DNA of 63,513 bases from Octopus bimaculoides (Eukaryota), in NCBI RefSeq assembly GCF_001194135.2, contig NC_068995.1, forward strand, positions 55,995,837 through 56,059,349, read 5' to 3'. This document shows positions 48,740 to 61,899 of this stretch, piece after piece. Made by a program: the position numbers and the translations under genes. The stretch's first letter is position 1; each line of letters begins with the position of its first letter. The notes under the pieces were generated by a model that saw only the letters and a list, made by a program, of their open reading frames with translations, did not search any database and had not been told where the DNA came from.

Positions 48740-48912
48740 TAGCGGCACCCTTGTTGGAAACTTCTTTTCCAAATGGCTGTTTTTCTAAGCCTGCCTTTCC
48801 GTCGCCCGGCTCAAATTCGCACAAGTCGTCGATATAACGCACCGATCCACACACGTTCAGCAGATAACTAAAAATCCTTTCCTATGCTAACCCCTTCAGA
48901 CCAAGGCACCAC
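48740..48912. repeat. About 170-bp segment, copy 2
   Basis: Colinear with 47988-48160. It runs directly into a SINE A body at about 48911. Confidence 0.85.
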
Positions 48913-49140
48913 GTTCTGAGTTCAAATTCCGCTGGAGTCGGCTTTGCTTTTCATCCTTTCGGAGTAGATAAAGTAAGTCCCAGTTGAACACTAGGGTCGA
49001 TGTAGTCAAATTACCCCACCCCTGAAACGATTGGCCTTGTGCCAAAATTTGAAACCATTATTATTATCATTATTATTATTAATTCCACCAAATTTGAGGC
49101 CTTGTGCTTCCAGTAGAAAGGATTATCATCATCATCATCA

Positions 49141-49174
<34 letters not shown>

Positions 49175-49200
49175 CAAAGCGGCAAGCTGGCAGTCAATGC
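48911..49200 (+). mobile_element. Stacked SINE family A pieces
   Basis: Body plus tail to about 49060, (ATT)n, a second 3' end (aatttgaggccttgtgcttccagtagaaagg), (ATC/ATT)n, then a third head aaagcggcaagctggcag. Confidence 0.85.
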
Positions 49201-50249
49201 ATTCTGGGTAACTGAGCATTGTGGATAGTCGCTAGGGGGCGCGTTAGCGGACCAAGCAAAGTTTCCGACTGATCGCTGTCCCGCGTTATAACATATCAAT
49301 TCGTGATAAATGTAAAATGGTTCACAATTGAGCATACAGTGTTATCGTGGGTCCAGATCAGTGATAAATGAATCATTGATAAACGAGGCTACAGGTACCA
49401 TTCCTGTTAACTCACTGCCCTCGCTTCCATTTCAATATCTCCAAGTCTCCACATACAACAGACTAGAGGTTGGAGGGTGAGGTTTCTTACACGTGACGTT
49501 GACGAGACGCTTATCGAACTGTACTGGGAGATATCTGAAGAATATTTTCTTTAAAGGTTCCAAAATAATTCTTACCTTCTCCACTTTTAGAACATAGCAC
49601 TTTTAGAACATAGCGAATTAATGTCTATCTTTTTTTTTTGTTTTGTTCTTTTTATCACTCCCCACCCCTACCCCTCGATGTATTTCTTCATTTCGAACAT
49701 ATTCCTGTTCTGAAAACTGAATATTTGATTATTTATTCTATTTAACAACAACCACGCACAAAAATAAACGAGAGAGAGAGAGGGAGAGAGTGGGATGAGG
49801 AAGATAAAAGCGTGCAAGTGTGACAGTGAGAGAAGGAGGGAGAGAGAAAGGTGGTGACGGTAGTTGGGTTTCAGAAGATATTAAAAATTGTGGTCACACA
49901 TTCACTTGTCATCCTACCCGTCCCTTGATACTATCAAATCTTAAGAAATATGTTCAAATTCTATAAATATTATTTTAAATGTCTGCTTAGCATTGGAATC
50001 TTTCGTTAGTTCTTCATTTTTTTTTCTGGTTTTGATATTTATTATTTTTTTTATGTAAAGAACTTCATTCATGACAAAACAGGTCATTGCTGGCCAAAAC
50101 GATAACGTCTGCTGCCAATGAATCGATCGAACGGCGTTTCATATTCCGGTGTTGGTCGCTGTATACCTTCTTGCTGACTCATAGCATTTCACTGTAACTA
50201 GGTACCATGAGGAAGTACAGTTTACAGTTTTAAGTCGTAGAAATATCAT

Positions 50250-50710
50250 CATCATCGTCATCATTTTCACGTTCACCTTTCTATGCGTGCATGGGTCGGA
50301 CGAAGTTTACTGAGGCAAATTTTCTACGGTTGGATGTCTTTCCTGTTGCCAACGCTCACCTGCTTCCAGATACGGTAATATTTCCCCATGGCTAGACATG
50401 TTTTCAGAGAATATTCGAAATGAACGACACTGCTTGTATGACTGTGACATTCATTTAAAACTATAATATGGTGTCAGGACAAGGAGATGCAAGAACATGC
50501 ACACATCTGCGCATATTTATTCGCGTCTATAAATACACAGATATGTATACGAGGGATTTCTTTTAGTTTCCATCTATGAAATCCACTCGCATATGTTTTG
50601 GTCGACCCGGAGCCATAATAGAAGACGTTTGCTCAAGGTGCCGCGACTGAACCTGAAACCATGTAACTGGGAAGCAAATTTGTCAGCCACACAACCACAC
50701 CTGCGCTTGC
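50250..50710 (-). mobile_element. Family C copy joined to a family B head
   Basis: Family C at 50250-50500 and family B head RC at 50555-50710 (gaagacgtttgctcaaggtgccgcgactgaacctgaaaccatg...cacaaccacacctgcgc). Confidence 0.8.
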
Positions 50711-51673
50711 AAACATTATTTAATTATTACATTATTTAATTATTACATAACGTTTCTTTAATTCACGATGCTGAATTGGAAATATCTGTCAGTCCTGAGC
50801 AAACTGCAGCCCGCAAGATATTCCGAACGTAACGAAAAATTACCTTGATTTTTTTTTTTATTAGTGTGACCCACCTCATGATGATGCATGTTTCATGCAC
50901 TCCGCTTCAGGAAAAAAAAAATTGCCTACCTTGAATAAAATAGATCGATATCAACATTTTCCTTTCATGGCTAAATATGTACCTAATTCAATAAAATTAT
51001 GAAGGTTACTCTGATTACTCTGCATAAAATGCAAAATGTTTCAGTTTTTTTTTTTTTTGTAGATTAGGTAGGCATACTTCGCCCCTACTTTCCAATGTGA
51101 GTATTCAAGCTACACATATTACTGATGCGTACACTCCTACAACACCGTTTTCTTTACGTGTTATAAAGGCAGAAGTAAATCTGCCTTCAACTCAGTCGCG
51201 CGTTTGTGTTTAAATTATTTTTTGTGTGTTTTACTTCATAAAGGTCACCAACTGCCTACCCTGAGCAATTACTAACGGCACATGCCTGGTATGTATACAT
51301 ACATACATGTATATGTGTGTGTGTGTGTGTGTTCACAAGTTTATATTTTATTTGGGTTAACCTGACATCCTTACTATTCTAAACGAACATTTCCCAAACC
51401 CTGCTCTCTATTACTTCAGCTTTCTATTTTTTTTTAATTTTCTCTTTCTTTTCCTTCTTTCTTCCATTCTTTGTTTCTTTCCCTTGTTTCTATATTCTAC
51501 TACTCTGCAGTTCGAAGTCCCAAGTTGAATATTCCAAGAATGGAGCAAGTGGAAGGTTTCCAACAACTTATTTCATTATTTGCGAAGATATTTCAGCACG
51601 CAAAATATTTTTACCGTTATTTTCACGTTCGTTGGTTTTAGCATTTCATATCGGTCAAACAGTTTCTTCTTCT

Positions 51674-51723
<50 letters not shown>

Positions 51724-52464
51724 AGAGGATACAGTACACTTGTTTGTTTAGTCTTTAATAAGTGTTTCTTCCAACCAGACACGTCTGTCAGAGTAGAAGA
51801 CAGTGAGAAACGCAACATAGATAATATGTGCCACCGACCATTTTCTCTTCCACACGTTATTGCAATATATTCTTCTTGGTTTCGATAGGAAAGACACATT
51901 TGTTCAGTTGTGTTATTATTGTTGTTTTTATTTTTATTAAAGAAATCACTGTTAATAAAAGGAAATCTGTATCCTCAACATCATCGCTATCATTATTATT
52001 ATCATTATTATTATTATTATTGTTATGTTTTAGAGTTACCAGCGATAGACATGTTTTTATGAGCTCGTGAGTTTTTGAAAAATTATCTGATTACTTTCTA
52101 AATTGGTTCTGTGTGTGCTTGTGTGTGCTTGTGTGTGTGTGTGTGTGTGTGTGTGCTTGTGTGTGTGTGTGTGTGTGCTTGTGTGTGTGTGTGTGCGCAC
52201 ACTTTACTCAGAGAGTTGAGAGTCTTGTTTTATTTACTTATTTTTGTTTTGTTTGTTTTTCTCGTGCTTCCTCGTTGGGACAGGAAAGACTATATTTTGA
52301 AACAAACTTTCTGTTTGTAAACATGGCTTCCACTGAGGCTGCAGCAGTAGGGAAGAGCTGGCTTACACACAAATAGTGTCAACATATACAGCACCACGAA
52401 ATCAGATTTAAGAAGGAGAAAAAGCGGCGAGTAAACATCAGGCAAGGCTCATTGCTGCGCGGAC

Positions 52465-52740
52465 GGCTGTGAGGTTAAGAAGTTCGCTTTGCAACTACGC
52501 GGCTTGCAGTTCAGTCCCGCTGTGCAGCACCATTGATGAGTGTCTTCTACTACAGCCCCGGACCGATCAACGTCTTGTGAGTGATTTTAGTAGAGGGGAA
52601 AGTGTGCGGAAGCCCGTCGTATATATATGTATGGGCACGTTTGCGTGTGTGTCTTTGTAGGTGCTTATGTGTTTGCATGTTCCACACCACCGCTTGACTA
52701 CCAAGGCTAGTTTCTTCACGTCCCCAAAACCAGCGGTTTT
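52465..52740 (+). mobile_element. SINE family B, partial
   Basis: ggctgtgaggttaagaagttcgctttgcaactacgcggcttgcagttcagtcccgctgtgcagcaccattgatgagtgtcttctactacagcc...gaagcccgtcgtatata...accgcttgac. Confidence 0.85.
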
Positions 52741-52831
52741 AAGGGGGTAGGATGTGATTTGAGGGGGATTTAGGTGGTTTCTAGCTAGCCGAGTGACACC
52801 TCACGGAGGGCTCTTCATTTGCTCTTTTGCT

Positions 52832-52864
<33 letters not shown>

Positions 52865-53592
52865 CCATCCCCCTCTCCCTTTCTTGAATCGCATTATCTA
52901 ACATGTCTTTTCTATTTAAAAAAAATCAAGATGTGATTTGAGGAGCCGAGGGTAGCTGTTGTTTCTAGCTGATTGAATGATCCTCTAGAAATGAACCCTC
53001 GGTTTTTTTGTTTCTTTTTGGTAAGGGAAAAATATTTATTTAAATTTCATTCAGTAGAATAAATTATTGACAAGGAAAGCATATTTATGACGCAATGGCT
53101 CCGAAAATGTGAGTAGAAGAAACATANNNNNNNNNNNNNNNNNNNNNNNNNNNNNNNNNNNNNNNNNNNNNNNNNNNNNNNNNNNNNNNNNNNNNNNNNN
53201 NNNNNNNNNNNNNNNNNNNNNNNNNNNNNNNNNNNNNNNNNNNNNNNNNNNNNNNNNNNNNNNNNNNNNNNNNNNNNNNNNNNNNNNNNNNNNNNNNNNN
53301 NNNNNNNNNNNNNNNNNNNNNNNNNNNNNNNNNNNNNNNNNNNNNNNNNNNNNNNNNNNNNNNNNNNNNNNNNNNNNNNNNNNNNNNNNNNNNNNNNNNN
53401 NNNNNNNNNNNNNNNNNNNNNNNNNNNNNNNNNNNNNNNNNNNNNNNNNNNNNNNNNNNNNNNNNNNNNNNNNNNNNNNNTGTCACTTTCACTCATTTTA
53501 ACTGAATCGTCTTTCTGAAAATGGAGCAAAAATGAAAAGAAAGAAAAGCTTCCAAAAGACCATTTATTTTGGTCTATATGCTGTAGTAATTA

Positions 53593-53652
<60 letters not shown>

Positions 53653-53689
53653 GATAAATAGATACACACACACATATTCTTTTATTCTT

Positions 53690-53850
53690 TATTTTACTTG
53701 TTTCAATCATTAGACTGCAGCCATGCTGAGGCACCACATTGAAAAATTTTAGTCGAACGAATCAATCCCAGTATTTATATTTTTACTTTTTTAAGCTTGA
53801 TACTTATTCCATCCTTCTCTTTTGCCGAACCGCTAAGTTACTGAGACGCA
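53690..53850 (-). mobile_element. SINE family B, 3' half
   Basis: cttgtttcaatcattagactgcagccatgctgaggcaccac...ctctttgccgaaccgctaagttac. Confidence 0.88.
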
Positions 53851-54432
53851 CGTCCGTATCCAAACAAATACACGCTAGCACATTTACTTAGAATGGAAAT
53901 TTAATAATAAAAATTAAGTAACACACCATAGATCATATGAATTCGTTCTATAGATCATGAGAACGTTATGTCCGCTTTACAATGGAATTATAACCCTAAA
54001 CCGAGAACATACGGACTGAGAACTGAAGGAATACAATTTCGACCTAGTAAGGTCCCTTTCAACTTCGATTCAATCGTAACCTTGTTTGCTATATTCGTTT
54101 GACTTTTATATAGCTTAGAGAGCTTCTATATGATACATTGCTAGAGTTATTTGTCCATATCCGCTTTATATTATCCGGTAGTGTAAATTTGGCAAGAATT
54201 GTACAAAACAATTTGCAGAACCTATAATAGATCATATCAGATAATGTATTCTCTATAACAATACAAACATGCCTACAAAGTGTGTGTGTGTGTGTGCGCG
54301 TGTAAAAGATTTATTTATAGAGAAAAAAAGCCTTGCTCTAAACGAATTTTGAGGTTGTGGGAAAGAAATTAGCATTGTTACTGTCTTTAGAATTGCCAAC
54401 ACCTTTCCTTCTTCGAAACATTTTTCTGCAGG

Positions 54433-54653
54433 AGGGCAGAAAGCTGGCAGAATCGTCAGCGTGCCGGACTATAATAACACTCGGCGGCATTTCGTCCGTC
54501 TTTACGTTCTGAGTTCAAATTCCGCAGAGATTGACTTTGCCTTTCATCCCTGTGGAGTCGATGAAAAACGTATCAGTTGAGTGCTGGAATGGATGTCATC
54601 GAATGTCCCCCCTCATCCATACTTTCAGGCTCTGTGCCTGTAATAAAAAGAAT
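54433..54653 (+). mobile_element. SINE family A
   Basis: agctggcagaatcgtcagc...gcatttcgtccgtctttacgttctgagttcaaattccg...ctttgcctttcatcc...caggctctgtgcctgtaataaaaagaat. Confidence 0.9.
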
Positions 54654-55330
54654 GTCATTCGGGAAAATGTCACTGTTTGTCGATTCGCTAGTTCACGGGA
54701 ACGGAACAAACCAAAACGGTTGTGAAACGGTGAGAGATAATACGTACAAACCTATAACTATATCATCGAGAATGAAGTCATTCATAAAACAGAAAGGAAA
54801 ATCCAAATTTACCAGAGCACTTCACGCCTGTCTTGTATACAGAATTATATTTCTAATTAGTGATTTTCCCATCATTATTTCATTTAGTTCTTCACTTAAG
54901 CGATCTACCGAGGCCAAACATACTTTGAGTTATCTCCCGTGTCTGCCACAATTATTAAAAGATGGTGTTGTCATTTCCTCATTGGATAATTATTCCTAAT
55001 TAGATTTTTTTTCATGCTGTGCTCTCTACAAAGCGTTAATTTATGTGCAATTTGTTTGGCTATTTAAAAGCTCTTCATGGTTGCCATGAGTGAACCAAAT
55101 CGCACATTTGTAGCAACATAATGTGTATATAAAGAAATATTATGTGTCGTAATTATACCGTTCAATTCTGTGACTTGTGAGACTTTATATTTGTTTTAAA
55201 GTCTATAGAAATATTAATGCCTAATACTAATACCTAATCTTTAAACACCCACCACACCCCATGCTTTGACACTCTTCCTTCTTTCCTTTCTTCGTCTCTT
55301 ACTGCACAATGTAGAGAAAGTTCTATAACC

Positions 55331-55931
55331 CAGCCATCCTCAAACTTTGTTGCACCGCGGACCCGTTTCATACAAGACAATTTTTCCACGGACCGGGGAA
55401 CCACGTGCAGGGCCGGATTAAGATCCATAGAGCCCTTAAGCCCTTAAATGATTTTTGGTTCCCCCATATATATGTTATTCAAAATATAAACAATAATAAA
55501 TCATAAAACAAGTTTGTAATTTTCAAAATGAAACAAAACTCACCGTAAGATGCTGAATATTGTTTTTATGCACTTGTATTTATATTTGACAAGTTTTCTC
55601 CAACCTTTTTTAAAATTGCAATGTCTGATCAGATCCTCAAAATTAGTCTAACGTAACACATCTGCTTCTATACTAAGTAGAGACAAACCATCCCGAATGT
55701 TACTTCAGCAAGTTCAAAATGATTTCTTTTGTGCTGTAAACCATTTACCATTTATGTGGAGGCTCCATTTTTTATTTTGCATAATCCAGCGCTGATTACG
55801 CGCACAAAATGGATTAGACAGACAGACAGACAGTGCAAGTACACTCTACAGATTGCGATAATCAATAAAATAAGAAACAAATTTAGAAACTTTTTTTCTG
55901 TGATCAGCGGCCCGGTGATTGGGGACTCCTC
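55331..55931. mobile_element. Non-autonomous hAT/Charlie element (MER1-like ends) with 8-bp TSD
   Basis: Left end cagccatcctcaaactttgttgcaccgcggacccgtttcatacaagacaatttttccacggaccgggg; right end cagcggcccggtgattggggactcctc. The flanks CTATAACC (55323-55330) and CTACAACC (55932-55939) are 7/8 identical. Confidence 0.85.
55408..55794. mobile_element. Second hAT-like element nested inside 55331-55931
   Basis: TIRs CAGGGCCGGATTA and TAATCCAGCGCTG match at 11/13. The flanks ACCACGTG and ATTACGCG match at 5/8, and the differences are all C/T transitions. Confidence 0.65.
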
Positions 55932-57159
55932 CTACAACCTGTTACTTGTCATGTAACCTCTTTATAGTCAATAAGGTGACTAAACAGGTTAAGTTCGTTT
56001 AGCAAAAACGAGATACCGGGTTCGATCCCACTTCGTAACATCTTGTAAAAGTGTCGTTTCTTTTCATAACTTCGGATTGACCAATGCTTTAAGAGTGAAA
56101 TTGGCTTGGTGGAAACTGTAGAGAAGCTTGTCTGGCGGATTGAACATGTAATCCGGAACACTCAGCCACTTAAATGTTAATCGAACAGTTGAACGACGGA
56201 GAAACACCATAACAACAATTACAATAGCAGCGATAACCTTTATCATCAAATACTTTATTAAACCCATGCAGTCTTCTTAATGTCCATTTATTTCCAGGCT
56301 GTTTCAGTCAAAACTAATGAAAACAAACTTGTAGTAACAACCGAAAACTACACGAGGGACAACACTTTGTAAGTGTCATTTCTAAAATTAACTGTGGCAC
56401 GCGATTGCAGATGTCGGTTGCTAGAACAAACAGCCCTCAAAACCATCCGTCTAATTATGGTAGCTTTAATTTACTTCAAACACTTACAGACCACCACAAA
56501 CGAAGACTTGTTATTTATTTTATTTTACTTTTTAAATATTAGCCAACCAAAAATTCTTCATTTAGCCGAAGACTATAACATTTAATAGGTATGGTTGTGT
56601 ATTAAGAAGGAAGANNNNNNNNNNNNNNNNNNNNNNNNNNNNNNNNNNNNNNNNNNNNNNNNNNNNNNNNNNNNNNNNNNNNNNNNNNNNNNNNNNNNNN
56701 NNNNNNNNNNNNNNNNNNNNNNNNNNNNNNNNNNNNNNNNNNNNNNNNNNNNNNNNNNNNNNNNNNNNNNNNNNNNNNNNNNNNNNNNNNNNNNNNNNNN
56801 NNNNNNNNNNNNNNNNNNNNNNNNNNNNNNNNNNNNNNNNNNNNNNNNNNNNNNNNNNNNNNNNNNNNNNNNNNNNNNNNNNNNNNNNNNNNNNNNNNNN
56901 NNNNNNNNNNNNNNNNNNNNNNNNNNNNNNNNNNNNNNNNNNNNNNNNNNNNNNNNNNNNNNNNNNNNNNNNNNNNNNNNNNNNNNNNNNNNNNNNNNNN
57001 NNNNNNNNNNNNNNNNNNNNNNNNNNNNNNNAGAGAGAGGGGGGAGGGATAGAAAGTGAGAGAAAGCGTGTGCAGTAAACAAGGAAGGCCGCCATATTGT
57101 TGACGAAACCAGTATCAAAATGAAATAGATTCGGACGTTTGATTTTCCTTTAATCTCAT

Positions 57160-57720
57160 TTATTTTTTACTAGTTTCAATCACTGGAGTGCGGCCATGCT
57201 GGGATATCACGTTGAAAGATTTTTTTTTTCTTTTTTTTTTGGTTGAACAAATCAGCTTCAGCACTTTTTTTTAAAGCTTGGAACTTATTTTAGCGTTGTC
57301 TTTTTCCCTAACTATTAAGTTACGGGATCTAAACAAACCAACGCCGGTTGTCAAGCAGTGAGAAGGGACACACACACGCACGCAAAATTCTTTTTAAGAG
57401 GAACGGATCTCGATACACATAAAGGTATAAAATAATAGCTTTCAACTATTGGGTTGACGACTCCTTTTGGATTGAAAAAGTCGAAGGCTGTTTGCGAGAC
57501 ACGAATCCACATCTCTGTCGTCACACGACAGGCGTTCTACCATTGGACCAAAGCAATCCTTAGAATTTCTCGATTCTCCATTTTAGAAACTTTATTCTTA
57601 CAAGCGCCGGGCTTCCATACAGTTTCTATCAACGAAATTCACTCCCAAAGCATTGGGCGACCCAGGAGACACTTGCAGAACGTACTGAACCTGAAACCGT
57701 GTGGTTACTCAGTGAGTTTC
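57160..57720 (-). mobile_element. SINE family B, decayed and interrupted
   Basis: Tail RC tttactagtttcaatcactggagtgcggccatgctggg at about 57165, body to about 57360, and head RC at 57600-57720. Confidence 0.75.
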
Positions 57721-58035
57721 TTTAACAAAAAAGTCATGGATAAGCAGAATCATATTAAAATATTAAAATAAACATAAAAGCATTCGTTAATTTATACTTA
57801 AAATGTCGTCTGGCACAAATATGAAAGCGTTTCTTGTACGTATGGCAATGAGCGACGACCGTTTGAACCGACTGCCTTCAGGTACAATAGCAGGAACTCA
57901 CTCAACGCATTCTTTATTCCACGTCGCATATTTGGTATTTTTGATCGCATGAAAGGACAGTGAACGTAAAAGGAAAAAAAAAGAGAGGATTCTTTCTAGT
58001 TTTTTTTTTTTTTTTTAAATGGGGGTTTTCAGTAA

Positions 58036-58563
58036 AGATCTTACGCTGAAAGGAAATTAATAACTTAGCAGATGAAAAGAAGTGAAAGATAGAGGAAAAC
58101 AACAAAACGAAATAAATAAACACAGAAAGAAAGAAATTTTCAAGATAAAAATATTTCTTGTTTTAAAGAGTAAGGAATATTCTGGAAATATCTGGTATCG
58201 TTGTTGCTATTTTTCATTCTTGTGAAGTTACTCGATCACGGTTTCACTATAGCTAAAAATATTTGCAAAGTCATCACGTTAACTTGTTTATCAGNNNNNN
58301 NNNNAGATCTTACGCTGAAAGGAAATTAATAACTTAGCAGATGAAAAGAAGTGAAAGATAGAGGAAAACAACAAAACGAAATAAATAAACACAGAAAGAA
58401 AGAAATTTTCAAGATAAAAATATTTCTTGTTTTAAAGAGTAAGGAATATTCTGGAAATATCTGGTATCGTTGTTGCTATTTTTCATTCTTGTGAAGTTAC
58501 TCGATCACGGTTTCACTATAGCTAAAAATATTTGCAAAGTCATCACGTTAACTTGTTTATCAG
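58036..58563. other. Identical 259-bp direct repeat flanking a 10-N gap (likely unmerged contig overlap)
   Basis: 58036-58294 equals 58305-58563. The same pattern (61 bp) occurs at 29324-29384 / 29395-29455. Confidence 0.85.
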
Positions 58564-59194
58564 GGTAACGTTCGTCTCCGGAAGTCCAGCTGGTTTTATT
58601 TTGCTCAATACAATGGATCTTCGTCGGCTTCGACGGTGAGCAATTTCAGTTGTTATATTCTTCGTTTTTTTTTTATATCTTCCAAGTTCAAATTCTACCG
58701 AAGTCGACTTTGCTTCCGGAGGATAGACACGAAAACCGATTCGAAGATAGCAAGTTTGGCTTTTTTACCAACTTCTATTCTTCTGAGGATTGAATGCTGG
58801 AGCTGAGAGTAAGGCTGATGCGCTGCAGCACCAGCAACCCTGCAATTCTTGCATCGAATTCAGCTTTCTTCCATCTCTTGTGACGAAAAGAGAGCGATGA
58901 AAGAATAGAGGAGGCAGGGTACGAAAGATGACAACCACCAAGACAAAGATGATGATGGCGGGGAGGGAGTGACAGACATGATGATGATGATGATGATGCG
59001 ATCACAAAAAGTGATGGTTGTGGTGGTGGTGATGATGATGATGGCGATGGAAGTAGTGACGATGACAATTATTGTTATTTATGATGATGAGGAGGAGGAG
59101 GAGGAATATGGCGGTGATGGTGATGATTTATCACCGGGTTAATGACGATAATCATCATAGAGATGATGACGATGCGATGGCAGTTATGTGATTG

Positions 59195-59430
59195 GGACCT
59201 GGCAGAATCGTTAAAGCATCGAACGAAATGCTTAGCGGTATTTCTTCCAACTCCTTGCTTTTTGAGATCAAATCCCGCCAAAATCAACTTTCCCTTTCAT
59301 CTTTTCGGTGTCGATAAAATAAAGTTCTAGCCAAATACTGGGGGAGAGGGGCGGGGTGAAATGTCGATGTAGTAATCGACTTTGTCCCTCCCCTCAAATT
59401 GTTGGCCTTGTGTCAAAATTAGAAAGAATT
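59195..59430 (+). mobile_element. SINE family A, degenerate
   Basis: ctggcagaatcgttaaagcatcgaacgaaatgcttagcggtattt...tcaactttccctttcatcttttcggtgtcgataaaat...ggccttgtgtcaaaattagaaagaatt. Confidence 0.85.
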
Positions 59431-60098
59431 GCATGATTGTGACGGGGATGGTGGGGGTGGTGATAAAAATTATGATGATGATGCGATGACAATTATGTGA
59501 TAAAAATGACAATCATGATGATGCTGATGATGATGACAACGACTAAGACGACGGTATGTTTGTTTATCGATCTTCATTTGAATAATCCTTTATCGAACAG
59601 TTATCCATTAGAAAGTAGTTATGGACTTTTTCTCGTTCACTCTATTTATCGTTGTTATTGTTGCTGTTGTTGTTGTTTCGGTTTGTTGTAGCTGTTGTTG
59701 TTATTGTAGTTGTTATACTTTGGTTGTTATTGTTTTGGTCACATCTTCATATACAATGAATGCAATAAGATGGAGATGAAGATGAAGAAGAAAGAAACCA
59801 ATGTCAATAATGTTAACAAGTTGTATACGAGAGAAAGATGCTTTGTGAAAAGCGGAGGGAAAAAAAAATGATAAAATAAAAGTTGAAGAGAATCTTGTCG
59901 GAAAAGTGTAAAAAAATTGTATGGCTGTATAATGTATTTGAATTTAAGTGGTTGCTGATGATTGTCTTAGGTGAAGTATGGAAGACAATGAGTGGTGGTT
60001 CGTTATCTACGATGTATGCATATGTATTAATTTAATGTTTCTCTGTGTGTGTGTGTTTCTGTTTGGCATATGTGTGTGCGAGCGTATGNNNNNNNNNN

Positions 60099-60147
<49 letters not shown>

Positions 60148-60911
60148 GTACATAATATTGTAATATACATCCATACATGTATTAGCATATACCTACGAAG
60201 TTATAAGCATGCGTACATACATATACAGATATATATGTGAATGTATGCATATATTTGTATATTATACACTTACGTAAATACATTTTTAACATAGATACAC
60301 ATACATACGGAGATATATACTTACGTAGATACATTCTAATGTGGTAGATACATATAAATGTGTAGATATGACCTGCGGGGGTAAACTCATAGTTTCCCGC
60401 CCAAGAAAAGAAGATGGCGGAACAACCCAACCCATCTCTTTCCTGACTTTCTCACCCGCTATTGACTTGGCACATTACCAATATTTCAAAAGCATTTTGT
60501 GAATTTGGTACCCTGAGAAATTCCATTACCCTGCGGTTACATTCTCCACTTCAAGAAGCGTCTGGTAAGAAAAGGAATTGGTGAAGTAGAATTAACATCA
60601 AAATACATCACACAGACACACACAACTCCCCCGCTTCGCCAGTGTAAAATATATTCCAACACCATCTGAAAATATTCTTTGTGCGTATCTATGACAATTT
60701 TAATACATACATGCATACATTATATATATATGCGTGTGTATATGTGTACATTTATAAAGTATACTTAATCAACAAATTAAGTTTAAAACTACAGCATATC
60801 TATATGCGTACATATATTTATATATGTATATATATTTACACGCACGCACGCATGCGCGCACACACGTTAGGTAAACTTAAATGATTTACATGAAACAAAT
60901 TAAGTTTAAAA

Positions 60912-60946
<35 letters not shown>

Positions 60947-61223
60947 ANNNNNNNNNNNNNNNNNNNNNNNNNNNNNNNNNNNNNNNNNNNNNNNNNNNNN
61001 NNNNNNNNNNNNNTGTGTGTGTGTGTGTGTGTGTTTGTGTCTGTGTGCATATGCGTGTGTGTGTATACATGTATAGGGGCCATAGGTTTTTCTGTATGTA
61101 CATATATTCGTCTATGCATGTATCTACACATACGTACATCCATGTCTCTGGTGCGTCTATCTATCAGCATGTTGCATAGTTTCATATGATTAACTGTTTG
61201 TGCATCCGTTGACGGTATTGCTT

Positions 61224-61418
61224 TCGAATTCTGGCACCAGGCCAGCAAATTCGCGGGAGGCGATAAGTCGATTAAATCGACCTCACCACCACCTCCAAAG
61301 CTCAACGTGGTACTTATTTTATCGACTCGGAAAAGATGAAAGGTGGAATTTGACCTCAGATCATAAAAAACGGACAAAATGCCGCCAAATATTTTGCTCG
61401 GCGCCGTAACGATTCTGC
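61224..61418 (-). mobile_element. SINE family A, degenerate
   Basis: gaattctggcaccaggccagcaaatt...gtacttattttatcgactcggaaaagatgaaagg...acggacaaaatgccgcc...aacgattctgc. Confidence 0.8.
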
Positions 61419-61584
61419 TTTTACACCTGTCGACAATATTGAAACATAAAAAATCCTGGAACAGATTAACTGACCAAAAATCATTGCATGTTTGAAAAGC
61501 GAAACAGCAACGGGGATTGCTTTCTTTTCCAGCCTTCACCTCCCTCCCTCTTCCCATCTCATTCTATCTCTCTTTTATATATTA

Positions 61585-61625
61585 CAGTAATCCCCTGCCG
61601 TATCGCGGTTCACCTATTGCGCTTT
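61585..61625 (+). mobile_element. Tigger/pogo-like terminal inverted repeat fragment
   Basis: TA|CAGTAATCCCCTGCCGTATCGCGGTTCACCTATTGCG, a TA target followed by a CAGTAATCCCTCG..TATCGCG-type end. I did not see a partner TIR. Confidence 0.5.
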
Positions 61626-61899
61626 ATTATTTAAGCTCACATCCTTTCCTCTGTGGTGGTGTTTTGCATTTATAATAAAATAAATATATACAAATTATAA
61701 AGATAATAAAACAAAATATACAACACAGTACTGTTCTGTATTTAAGAGATGAGCAATTATGTACATTATTTGTCCTCATCTTGCTTGTTGTTAACAATGT
61801 TTTGGCTGATATACCCCCCCCCCCCAGCTTTAATTTAAAATAAAAATGAAGTCGTTCTGTTTGATTGAAACCCTTCAGTATGGCCGCAGTCCAGTGACT

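Noticed and set aside
54577-54999. 140-aa ORF
   Set aside because: It starts inside a SINE A copy, has no recognisable domain and its composition is consistent with chance.
58036-58563. 259-bp tandem duplication as a biological event (also 29324-29455)
   Set aside because: The copies are exactly identical and separated by a nominal 10-N gap, the typical signature of unmerged overlapping contigs.
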